From assembly GCA_964016885.1 (NCBI GenBank), contig OZ024758.1:1798001-1862000 (forward strand): a stretch of 64,000 nt of DNA, read 5' to 3'. Positions 40,567-51,599 of this stretch are shown piece after piece. The notes under the pieces were generated by a model, which worked only from the letters and a program-made list of their open reading frames with translations, was not told the origin of the DNA and did no database searches. This DNA is from Eledone cirrhosa (taxonomy: Eukaryota). The first letter of the stretch is position 1. Every line of letters begins with the position of its first letter. The translations under genes and the position numbers were made by a program.

Positions 40567-40850
40567 CAGTGGTTCCCAAACTTACCAATTTTTTGGATGC
40601 CTCGCGGTCCCCTATCATATTATGGCAGCATTTCCAAAAATTTTCAAAGACAAACCTTTATGAAATGCAGGACAATTCTACTACGATTTAATTTAAGTAG
40701 TATCAAAATGTCCCAAATTGCTATCATGTTCAATACTTTCTAAAGAGGTTTTGCTAATTGGATATGGGTTTTTATAGAAACATGGAAACTTGGCTAAGCC
40801 TTCACAGTTCCCCCAAAATCGCTTCGCGTACCCCAGTTTGGGAGCCACTA
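40567..40850. mobile_element. hAT (Charlie-like) MITE with 8-bp target-site duplication CTCTAGAA
   Basis: TIRs cagtggttcccaaac / gtttgggagccacta; CTCTAGAA at 40559-40566 and 40851-40858. Confidence 0.85.
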
Positions 40851-41796
40851 CTCTAGAACTTGAATACCTTTTCATTTTATTTTCATTTATTTGGTCTGGA
40901 AGAAGAGGATGTGGTCCTGGTTTTCACAGGTCCTCCGATATCAGTGAGATCGATGTAGCTAATTCATCTGTTGTAGTCTAGCAGGTCTAGCTCCACCAGA
41001 AACAAGTATATGGAAAGAATGTCAAGACAACGACGCAATAAGTACACACTGGGTGTAGTTATTAGTGTAAGTCTGGGACGGCTGGTCAGAATATTAATGA
41101 CAAAACTGGAGAAATGGGGGAGCCAGGTATATTTGAGTGGTGGGTGGTTACAGAGGCCACTATAGCAGTAAAGGCACAGAAGGGACAACATGTCTGAGGA
41201 CCAGATGCTGGAGTGTGTTGGTAAGCAGCTTTGTCCATCAGCTGAGTAGCCATACTTTGGAGGGGAAAGTCGATTAAATCATCCCCAGTACGTTACTGGT
41301 ACTTTATTTTATCGACCCCAGTAAGGATGGAAGGCAAAGCTAACCAAGGCAAGATTCGAACTCAAGCACTGATAATATAATACAAAAGATCGACTATCCA
41401 GGTAGAACACAGCCAGTTTGTTAACCCAAGACAGCTGTGGCTACTGACAATATTCAGCTCACATACAATACTAAAGTAATCTATAAACAGATGCAATGTC
41501 TGATGTTTGTATGTTCAGATGTATTTATCAACAGGACATCAATTCTCGACATTTATGTGAAGTTAAGTATATAGAATTAAATGTCAAAACTGGGAACATC
41601 TGACTCGGATTTATTGAATAAACATTTGATTAGTTATTAATCCTCTTCTTTATAAACATAGTCACTTAGGTTCCAACTTTGATTTAAGTATTTCATATAA
41701 TAAACTAGTTAAATATAATAATTCAACCAAACTTTCATCTCATTTGATGAGCTTTCGTTAATTTCATTCTTTATCATAAGTCTTACTATAAACAGA

Positions 41797-41958
41797 TATT
41801 ATTATATTTGGGGAGGGTCATGTTGTTATAATAGTGCTAGAAATATATAATAAAACACACTCACGGTTTGGTTTGGGTTGGGTTTCGTTCAGTATAGTGT
41901 TTTACTATATTTTTCTGGCAATATTATAACATGACCCTCCCCAAATATAACAATATTT
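41797..41958. repeat. Hairpin-forming dispersed repeat (atatttggggagggtcat...atgaccctccccaaatat); related copies 9770-9870, 33820-33900, 45395-45505, 47240-47360
   Basis: Inverted arms visible in sequence; several copies. Confidence 0.65.
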
Positions 41959-42452
41959 CAACACACGATTTCATATAAAAAAAAACCTTGCAAAACAAAT
42001 ACATCATCATCATCGTTTAACGTCCATTTTCTCCGCTAGCATGGGTAGTGTTACGATAAACATTTGGATAATTTTCTTTCATGGTTGAAGAGGTTTATCG
42101 AAAACACCGCGGGTTCTGTTTTTGTCATTAGGAGATACACTTCTTCCTCTTTTCCCAGGGTCGTAGGGGCAAAGTCCTCAAACTCTCCTTCCAGCGGATT
42201 CTGTCGGAAACAACCGTCTCAAACTGATCTGGTTGATTCCCCAAGCGTGACCAGCCAAACCCATGGATATTATTCAACCATCTTGCTCGGGGTCTCTCAC
42301 AATAGTCTTATTAGATGACTGTAACACTTAAGTTATGTCGTAGAAGTCTTATTAGATGTTAGATGACTGTATCAAAATATAATATTGACCTCACCGAATA
42401 TTTTTCTCCATAAATTTAAATTAAAAACTATTTTTATCTCAACAAGATCGGT

Positions 42453-42508
<56 letters not shown>

Positions 42509-42570
42509 AGTAGTAACACAACAGTTAGTTCACCATACCGAGAACAATTGTTTCACCTTATGCGGATCCT

Positions 42571-42607
42571 GAGCTGAGGATCCGCATAAGGGGAAACAAT
42601 TGTTCTC
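42571..42607 (+). ncRNA. Minimal hammerhead ribozyme motif at centre of a 132-bp palindrome
   Basis: GAG-CTGAGGA-TCC gcataa GGG-GAAA-CAATTG-TT-CTC. Confidence 0.65.
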
Positions 42608-42774
42608 GGCATGGTGAATTAACTGTTGTGTAACCACTTCTACCTAACTCGTCCCATGGACTGAGTGCTCTACTACTACGGATATTACCTTCCAGTGTTC
42701 TACTTATATATATATGCACCACACACACAAACATACCTATATATTATATATATAAACAAGAAGCATTCAGGAAG

Positions 42775-43260
42775 TTTTGAGACTTCAAGAGTGACATTTA
42801 ATAATTTCAAAGAAGTACAAAGCTCTAATCTCTTTCAAAGTAGGATCGTCTGACTTCAATGCACTTATTGTAGTGTTCCACCCCCTTCATGAAGGCCCCA
42901 TGTAAGTTCATCAAAGTGAAGGTGTCCAGGACCTTGTCACAGTCTCTTTCACTTTCTTCTTTCTTAATGTCTTCAAAACAAGTACCTTGCGGTTCTCCTT
43001 CAGCTTGAGGAACAACAAAAGGTCACAGGGAACAATGTCTGGATTGTAGGGAGGGTTAAGAGACAGTTTTGATATTCATATCTGTCCTTCCTTCTGTTTG
43101 GCACCGAGCACCCTGGGAACAAATTTTGCCAACATTGTGCACATGTTCAGATCTTCATAACTGATTCTGTCCACAGTTGTCACACCAACTCCAAAGTGTC
43201 TTCTTATTGTCTTTAAAGACACACAACAGTCTTCATCCAGAAAATGGTGAATATTTTCTC
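42775..43260 (-). mobile_element. Degenerate mariner transposase remnant
   Basis: minus-strand PSYNPDIVPCD resembles mariner YSPDLAPxD motif; many indels. Confidence 0.6.
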
Positions 43261-44290
43261 AACGACTCACACCTCTCTTCCTCTCACACCTCTCTCCCTC
43301 TCACACCTCTCTCCCTCCCACCTTCTCTCTACTGTGCTCAGACCATACAAGTTAATAAGTGTTTCAGTTGATCCGATCAACAGAACAGCCTGCTCGTGAA
43401 ATTAACGTGCAATTGGCTGAGCATTCCAGAAGCACGCGTACCCGTAACGTAGCTCTCAGGGAGATTCAGCGTGACACAGAATGTGACAAGGCTGGCCATT
43501 CGAATTTACAGGTACAACTTATTTTTGCCAGCTGAAATAAAATGTCTTGCTCAAGGACACAATTCGCCGCCGTAAATTGAACTTCCCACCTTACGATTGC
43601 AAGTCGAATATTCTAACCACCCAGCCACTCACCTTTACTGATAGATAAATACATACATTCATATACACACATGGAAAAGTCAACTTATATAGTGTTTGAT
43701 TTCAGCTCACAACCACAAAACAAATAAATAAGACGTTAAAAAACCCTCCCAACTTTAAACTGACAATGAGCTTAAAAGTAATCTCCAGCTGTTTATTCAA
43801 ATCACGTTGAAGTCACGTTTCCTTGTGAGTTAAAAAACTGAAGAAACTCACCAGAATTTCTGTTTTTTCTCTCTACCCAATCAAGTCCCATAGACTGTGT
43901 ACCACAGAAAACCTTCTTTTTCTCTCAATTCAACCAAATCACATAGGCTGTGTACCCCAGAAATCCTTGTTTTTCTCTCTATTCAACCAAGTCCCATAGG
44001 TTGTGTTACCCCTGAAATCCTTCTTTTTGTCTCTATTCAATCAAATCACATACGTTGTTTATGATCCACAATCAGTGAGAATGGACCAGTTCTATGTTAT
44101 TTCCCGCGTAAATTAGTTCCTTCCTTAATTAGTATTTGTGTTAATTAATTTATTTCAGTCCTAATTACTTTCCGAACAAATTACTGACTCGAAACTCCAC
44201 GGGAATTACCTTTTTTGCCTTAACATAATAAGTAACAGTATATATATATATATATAGATATATATATAGATATACATCGGAATACTGTAA

Positions 44291-44399
44291 TATTCTGATG
44301 ATTTGATCAGAGACACACACTGTATTTAAGGTCGGGTGACGCAACTTCGAGTGATCAGCGGCCTTTAGACTCACCTGATCAATGAAACAATTGTTAATA
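44291..44399 (+). ncRNA. Hammerhead ribozyme motif with 64-nt stem II insertion
   Basis: TATT-CTGATGA-T-TTGATCAG[insert]CTGATCAA-T-GAAA-CAATTG-TT-AATA, followed by AATAAA. Confidence 0.7.
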
Positions 44400-44730
44400 C
44401 TGTAAATAAAACCCTGTTATTCTTCACTCTTTCATTACTATTACTCCAAGAATGTCACTCTTTCATTACTATTACTCCAAGAATGACCTGCATGGGAATT
44501 CTGGCAAACTCGCTACCTAATTAAGGAAACCTCTTGTTGAGTCAAACAACGCCATACGTTAAAGCTATCCAGAGTACTCACAACCTCCCTCTAACTGGAT
44601 TACCTAAAACGATAACTTGTTATCCCATATATATATATATCAACATGAATGGACCTGTTATTTTTATCTAAAGACATTTTTTCCAATTCCATCCCGCCAG
44701 TCCCCTCAATCTATTTTATTTCTCATTCTT

Positions 44731-44766
44731 TCTTCTGATGAAGGACTAGCGCCCGAAATGTTAAGA
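44731..44766 (+). ncRNA. Degenerate minimal hammerhead motif
   Basis: TCTT-CTGATGA-aGG actagcg CCc-GAAA-TG-TT-AAGA. Confidence 0.5.
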
Positions 44767-44854
44767 CCCTCTTCCTGCTATATCAAGCGTTAACCTAATA
44801 TATACCTTCCATATACTGTACCGATTGTGTTGTTATTTCTGTTTACCTTTTACA

Positions 44855-44905
<51 letters not shown>

Positions 44906-45032
44906 AAAGAGGTTGTGATAAGATACCAGGTGGGCCATAACGCACCAGAGTACTCAATACGTAGGGTAGTAGGATGGGTAATAGGAAAAGAGTCAGGACC
45001 CCGACGGCAGAGTTGTCGAAATGGCCGGAGCT

Positions 45033-45076
<44 letters not shown>

Positions 45077-45216
45077 TAAGGTAGTAGGAAATTACTGACC
45101 TTTCCTGTTTATAGTTGTTTATACTATATACATAACTATAAATAGTATTATTATTATTATTTTTATATATATATTTATATCAATGCAGATATAAATATAT
45201 ATTTATATATATAGTC

Positions 45217-45260
45217 TATCAAAGCTCTTTCGTTGCACATCTGCAACATCATCAGTGGTA
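45217..45260 (-). ncRNA. Minimal hammerhead ribozyme motif within an inverted repeat
   Basis: minus strand: TACCA-CTGATGA-T-GTTGCA gatg TGCAAC-GAAA-GAGC-TT-TGATA. Confidence 0.62.
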
Positions 45261-46102
45261 CTACTATTATGTTCCCTCCTGTTGTATTGCAGATGTGCAA
45301 CGAAAGAACTTTGATAGACTATATATATTTATATTTATATTTGTATTTTTAACCGTTGGTCAATCAATGATAAACGTTGATTGCCAAATAAATTAACTAT
45401 GGAGATATAAAAAATACAGAAGTGAAAACCAACCAACAGTGTGTTCTGTTATTATTTCTGGCAATATTATTACAACAATATGACCCTCCCCAAGTATAAC
45501 AATATATATATATATATATACCCTTTCTTATCTGTGAACACCCTACAAGAACATCTGCATTAGGTAAGATCAATGCTTCTATTATACAAACATTGATATT
45601 TCCAATATCTTTGTTAGATCTATTGTTATACAACAAACACAAAAACACACACAAAAGAGAGTCATGCACACGTTTATGCACAAACTACAACTACTCATAT
45701 AACACTGATTCTTTGTTACCTTATATATTAATACTATATCATCATCATCATCGTCATCATCATCATCGTTTAACGTCCATCTTCCACGCTAGCATGGGTT
45801 CGACGGTTTTGTTCCATTTGATGCGGAGACCATGTCTCGCTCGCACGGAAGCGTCTCTGGAAGGTTTGTTTTTACAGCTGGATCTGGCTGCCCTTCCTAA
45901 CACCAACCACATTTACAGTGTGGACTGGGAGCCTTTTCAACGTGTCTCCTACATGGCCATCTTACAGTGTTGACTGTTGTGTCATCGACACAGTGGACAG
46001 AACGGGAGAGGGAGGGTGGGGTAGGGTGTGGTGCGTGGGGTGTTCATTGAGTTAAGAGGCGCCTACTGACTGTAGGTTTGTATGCAATAGCAGTCGGGTC
46101 TT

Positions 46103-46384
46103 CTAGACAACTGCATGGTGCCAAAGATCTCGATCCAGTGTCATTGTCTTAGAGAGATGTAGGTGAGCAAGGTCACTTTTTATCACTTCGTCCCAGGTTT
46201 TTCTTGGTCTACCCACTCCGCAGCTTCCATCAATTTTTATTGCCCTGCACCTTTTTATACAGCTGTCATCCTTCATACGCATCACATGTCCATACCAACG
46301 CAATCTCCTCTCCAGAACACAACATTTGATACCTCTTATGCTTAGTCTTCCTCTTAGTTCGTTTATGCTTCGCCTTTCGCGCAC
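46103..46384 (-). mobile_element. RTE-type LINE ORF C-terminal fragment
   Basis: ERRLRWYGHVMRM...GRPRKTWDEVIKSDL...DRDLW. Confidence 0.85.
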
Positions 46385-46738
46385 GTTACTATATACTACA
46401 TGTTACTATATACTACATGTTACTATATACTACACGTTACTATATACTACATGTATATATATGACAGCATGTGTTATATGTATCTGTGCATAGAAGCATC
46501 TAAGAGTGTAAGTATGTAAGTATACAGGTATGTAAGTATATAAGTAAGTATATAAGTATGTAAGTGTATAAGTATATAGGTATGTAAGTATATAGATATG
46601 TAAATATATAGGTATGTCAATATACTAGTATGTATATATTTATGCGTGTGTTCTCTTAAGTAAATATTTTGTATTTATCAGTAAATATATTCTTACATAG
46701 ACACGAAAGCAAACATTTATAAATGACTAAAAACATAC

Positions 46739-46783
<45 letters not shown>

Positions 46784-47029
46784 TGTATACCCACGCACAT
46801 TTATACACACATACACACAGAGACAAACATATATATATATATATACAATCACAAACACACACAGACAAACACATGTATATATATATATACCTAGCTAGAT
46901 ACATACATACATATATACATACCTACATACATACATACATACATACATACATACATACATACATACATACATACATACATACATACATACATACACGCAT
47001 GTCTATATTATGAAGGATCGTACATAAAA

Positions 47030-47083
47030 TTCTCATAAGTTCATCTTTCGGCCGTTGGAATCTGTGACTAAATATTTCTGGCA
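47030..47083 (+). other. Putative 5' non-coding exon of peptide gene A (start approximate)
   Basis: aatctgtgactaaatatttctggca|gtaagt resembles aatcggtgaccaagaaatctttca|gtaagt upstream of gene B; gene A ATG is preceded by an acceptor (aacag|aacATG). Confidence 0.6.
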
Positions 47084-47130
47084 GTAAGTAACTGATATTT
47101 TAAATTACATCTTTGAATTATTTTAAAGAA

Positions 47131-47225
<95 letters not shown>

Positions 47226-47522
47226 TTGTCAGAAATAAATTAACTATGGAGATATAAAAGATACAGAATCGAAAACCAATCCAAATCAAACAGTGAGTGT
47301 GTTCTTATATTATTTCTGGCAATATTATAACAATATGACCCTCCCCAAGTATAACAATATATAAATATATAAATATAGAAGAGGATCCGCTAAGGTGAAA
47401 CAATTGTTCTCGGTATGGTGAACTAACTGTTGTGATACCACTTCTACCTAACTCGTCCCTTGGATTGAGTGCTGTACCACTACGGATATTACCTTCCAGT
47501 GTTCTCTCTCTCTCTCTCTCTC

Positions 47523-47576
<54 letters not shown>

Positions 47577-48318
47577 CACATACATACACACATATATATA
47601 TATATATATATACATACATATATATACGGATATTACCTTCCAGTGTTCTACCTATATATATAAATGTGAAGACTAAAATCCAAAGAGGGCTCGTTAAGGA
47701 TTATATATATATAAATATATATAAATATATATAAAAACCCGTGAGCAAATATATATTAAAATTACAGATTAAAGTTTAAGCAAAGAATCGCTGCTTTCAC
47801 CCTTAACGGGATCTTCTGAAACTAAAAAAAAACAATCTTTGGACGCAGAAGTAAATATATCGTCTTCCTGTTTTCCTTCGGTTGCAACGTTTTTCGAAAT
47901 ATTTACTTCTGCGTCCACAAAACTCTTGCATTTCTTGAGGAGACTTTTCAAATATTTCACTATGTTTTTAATTGCCTTGTCCGACGAACGAATGAGGACG
48001 TTTTTCGTATTCGTCTCATTCGGGGAACCTCTGGTAATGAGGTAATTATATTGTATTGTTTATTATACATTATATATATATATATATATACACCTTCATT
48101 AACATGTGTATATACCCTTCATAACATGTATATATACACCTTCATTAACATGTGTATATACCCTTCATAACATGTATATATACACCTTTATTAACATGTA
48201 TATATACACCTTCATTAACATGTGTATATACATTCACAAATCAGTCCAAGCATATATAGAAACACACAAGTATTCAGTTTTTTAATTATTTATTTAATTA
48301 AATATTCAATAACAGAAC

Positions 48319-49138
48319 ATGAAGAATCTAATCTTGAAAATGTTGCTGATGTCTTTTGTTCTCATCGTTGGATGTGAAGCGACTTGTACCTTAAGTTGTA
48401 TTCTGAGAAAATGTGCTGAAGAATTTACAGAGCGTTGCAAGAGGCAATGTTTGTGCGAATGCTATAAGTCTCAGGTAAGTAACTAAACCTCTTAGATCTT
48501 ATATTAACACTAGCTGGTCCCGTGCCATAAAAAATGACGGCTAATTGTAATATCTAGCACCAAACTTTGGCATTGAGAGCTGGACCAACCCCCGAACAGA
48601 ATGTCATTATGTGGCGCCAAAGGTATCGTCTTTCACATCTAGAATAAGGAGCAGATATTGATATAGCCTGGGGTTCAAAGGCCTTCAGTTCTTTAACAAG
48701 CTGCCAAGGGATTTGAGAGATCTGCATGGTGTGGATTTAGATGTTTTCAAGAAACATCTTGACACCCTGCTATCCAGGATCCCACATGAGCCCACTGCAC
48801 GGTACGAAGGTAACCTAATGGTAGCAGCAACCAACTCCCTCTTACACCAATATCCAACCAACACAGGCTCGAGATGGAATGTGTAGCAAGAAGGGCGGTG
48901 CCCCAGCATGGCCTCAGCTGGATGGGTGAAACATGTAAAAGGGTAAAAGAATATATAAAAAAGAGATGTTTGTTGGTTGGTTCCTTCGCGTTCCCTCACA
49001 CAGGTGATACAAACATACAAACACACAGCTGTGACGAATCTTAGAACGCTGGAATTCTTTAGTTTCTCACTCCCTTCTTCCTCAGTCATCACATAGATGT
49101 GTGTGTATGTAATAATTATTTTTTTCTGTGTCATATAA

Positions 49139-49234
<96 letters not shown>

Positions 49235-49701
49235 GTGAGGATTTTTTACAAAATGAAAAATAACCGAGGTGTCCTACACGAGTGAAATTATAAAGAAAAA
49301 AGATGAAATCGAAAATGCAACTGGAGTCTTATTTAAAAAAATATATATATTTATTTGGTTCCTTTACCGGTTTCGCAGTTCTTCTGCTTTTCAAAAGTAG
49401 AGTTGAGATGGAGGGTCTGTGGTTTTTCTCACATAGTTGATAAATGAACAAACAAAACACAAGTGGCGATTTTTACAGTTATTATATATATCATCATCAT
49501 TTTATATATCTATATATATGAAGTGATAATAAATGTGAAGACTAAAATCCGAAGTGGGCTCGATAAGTACAATATATATATCAAATATATAAAAAAACAT
49601 AGAGCAAATATTTATTAAAATAACAGATTAAAGTTATATATATTTACACGTTTCTTACTTTTTTTCAGAATATCAAAATGGATACGAAGTTATATTGCTG
49701 A
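48319..49701 (+). CDS. Small secreted 8-Cys peptide A, 62 aa (exons 48319-48474 + 49669-49701): MKNLILKMLLMSFVLIVGCEA|TCTLSCILRKCAEEFTERCKRQCLCECYKSQNIKMDTKLYC*
   Basis: Hydrophobic signal peptide, cag|gtaagt donor, tttttcag acceptor, TGA at 49699-49701, AATAAA at 49801; same Cys spacing and intron positions as paralog B. Confidence 0.85.
48560..48945 (+). mobile_element. CR1-type LINE 3' fragment in intron 2 of peptide gene A
   Basis: GFKGLQFFNKLPRDLRDLHGVDLDVFKKHLDTLLSRIPHEP...AATNSL. Confidence 0.7.
49362..49397 (-). ncRNA. Minimal hammerhead motif with U3-A8 core variant
   Basis: minus strand: CTT-TTGAAAA-GCAG aagaa CTGC-GAAA-CCGG-TA-AAG. Confidence 0.55.
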
Positions 49702-50220
49702 CACATGAAAGCAGGCAAACACGAGGCCCTTTGTATGCTTTCTGAAAATATTGAAAATGTCAAAATATAGCTCACATTTGGCATTATCGTTTAGATTCCA
49801 AATAAAATGTAAACCCATTTTAATCTTATTTGGGCCTCAATCGTCACTTGTTGAATACTTTCTAAATATAATAAAATGTAATAATGAACAATAATAAAAA
49901 ATGATATATTTCAAATTGTTTGTTTGCGTTTTTATATCAGCCATTAAAAATAGGGCCGTATGTATTTGTACTATAGCGTGAGGGGTGTTTAATTTTGGGA
50001 TAGGGGCTATATTCTAAATTACATTTTTCCTTCATTACATCTCTGCATATATTTTATGCGTAAAACTTGCTACTTCTTAATTAACTCAATCTAATTTAAT
50101 CTAATCTGGCGGAGTTTACACTCACAAATAAGAAGAACCAGGGCCGCTCCTAGGAGCATTGGATTTGGTGTACTTCATATTTGTTTCGGTTGCTGAATAC
50201 AATCAGGGGTCACTGCTTTT

Positions 50221-50770
50221 GTATCAAACATATCACATAGGTCTACACTACAGAGGTATTGTATCACAAATATATCACATAGGTCTACACTACAGAGGTG
50301 TTGTATCACAAATATATCACATAGGTCTACACTACAGAGGTGTTGTATCACAAATATATCACATAGGTCTACACTACAGAGGTGTTGTATCACAAACATA
50401 TCACATAGGTCTACACTACAGAGGTATTGTATCACAAATATATCACATAGGTCTACACTACAGAGGTGTTGTATCACAAATATATCACATAGGTCTACAC
50501 TACAGAGGTGTTGTATCACAAATATATCACATAGGTCTACACTACAGAGGTATTGTATCACAAATATATCACATAGGTCTACACTACAGAGGTGTTGAAT
50601 CACAAATATATCACATAGGTCTACACTACAGAGGTATTGTATCACAAATATATCACATAGGTCTACACTACAGAGGTATTGTATCACAAATATATCACAT
50701 AGGTCTACACTACAGAGGTATTGTATCACAAATATATCACATAGGTCTACACTACAGAGGTGTTGTATCA
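50221..50770. repeat. 42-bp minisatellite x13
   Basis: gtatcacaaatatatcacataggtctacactacagaggtgtt. Confidence 0.93.
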
Positions 50771-51005
50771 AACAATTTTTATCGACCCCGTAAGGATGAA
50801 AGGCAAAGCTAACCTCGGTGGGATTTGGAAACTACGTATTGAGTGCTCACTCTGGGGAACCTACAGTAACTGGACGTTACTTTCCATATATATATATATA
50901 CACACACACACACTTACATGCACTTATATATATATGTGTGTGTATATATATATTTATACATACACGTTCGTCCTTTAACCGTGAAATTGTTATATTCATG
51001 TTACT

Positions 51006-51042
<37 letters not shown>

Positions 51043-51259
51043 GGAGGTGAGTTTTATTGTAGTACAATAAAGCAATGCAGATATCGGATAAAAAGCACTC
51101 TACAGTTTGTAGGACTGGAGTATACATAATATATAAGAACAAAAGATGGTTAAAAGCGTTCCATGTATTTTATTATGCGCATTTCAAAAACAAATGATAT
51201 GTTGATTTAAAACTGAACTATCCACAAGTGTTTTTTAACCTTCATATCATGTCTTCATG

Positions 51260-51326
51260 TTTTATCTGATGAAAACACAAATATTATTGCATGATGATAT
51301 TTGTTTTTGAAATGCGCATAATAAAA
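51260..51326 (+). ncRNA. Hammerhead ribozyme motif, intact core
   Basis: TTTTAT-CTGATGA-long hairpin-GAAA-TGCGCA-TA-ATAAAA. Confidence 0.75.
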
Positions 51327-51358
51327 TACATGGAACTCTTTTAACCATCTTTTGTTCT

Positions 51359-51422
<64 letters not shown>

Positions 51423-51484
51423 ACGGAACAAGAGAAAAAATCCTTCATCAGCTGTAACCGCAGATCATAGATGTTTCGGCGCTT

Positions 51485-51599
<115 letters not shown>

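Noticed and set aside
47783-47820. Hammerhead-like CAGAAGA-TCCC/GGGT-GAAA on minus strand (also 29265-29297, 29575-29605)
   Set aside because: Core U4 is absent in all three copies and no valid UH site or stem I is in register; treated as an ordinary repeat.
50159-50812. 217-aa and 198-aa repeat ORFs, and possible CRISPR-like array
   Set aside because: 42-bp head-to-tail minisatellite with no unique spacers; open frames arise from unit length divisible by 3.
51440-51482. Possible type II hammerhead on minus strand
   Set aside because: Position 16.1 is A rather than U and stem II is only 2 bp.
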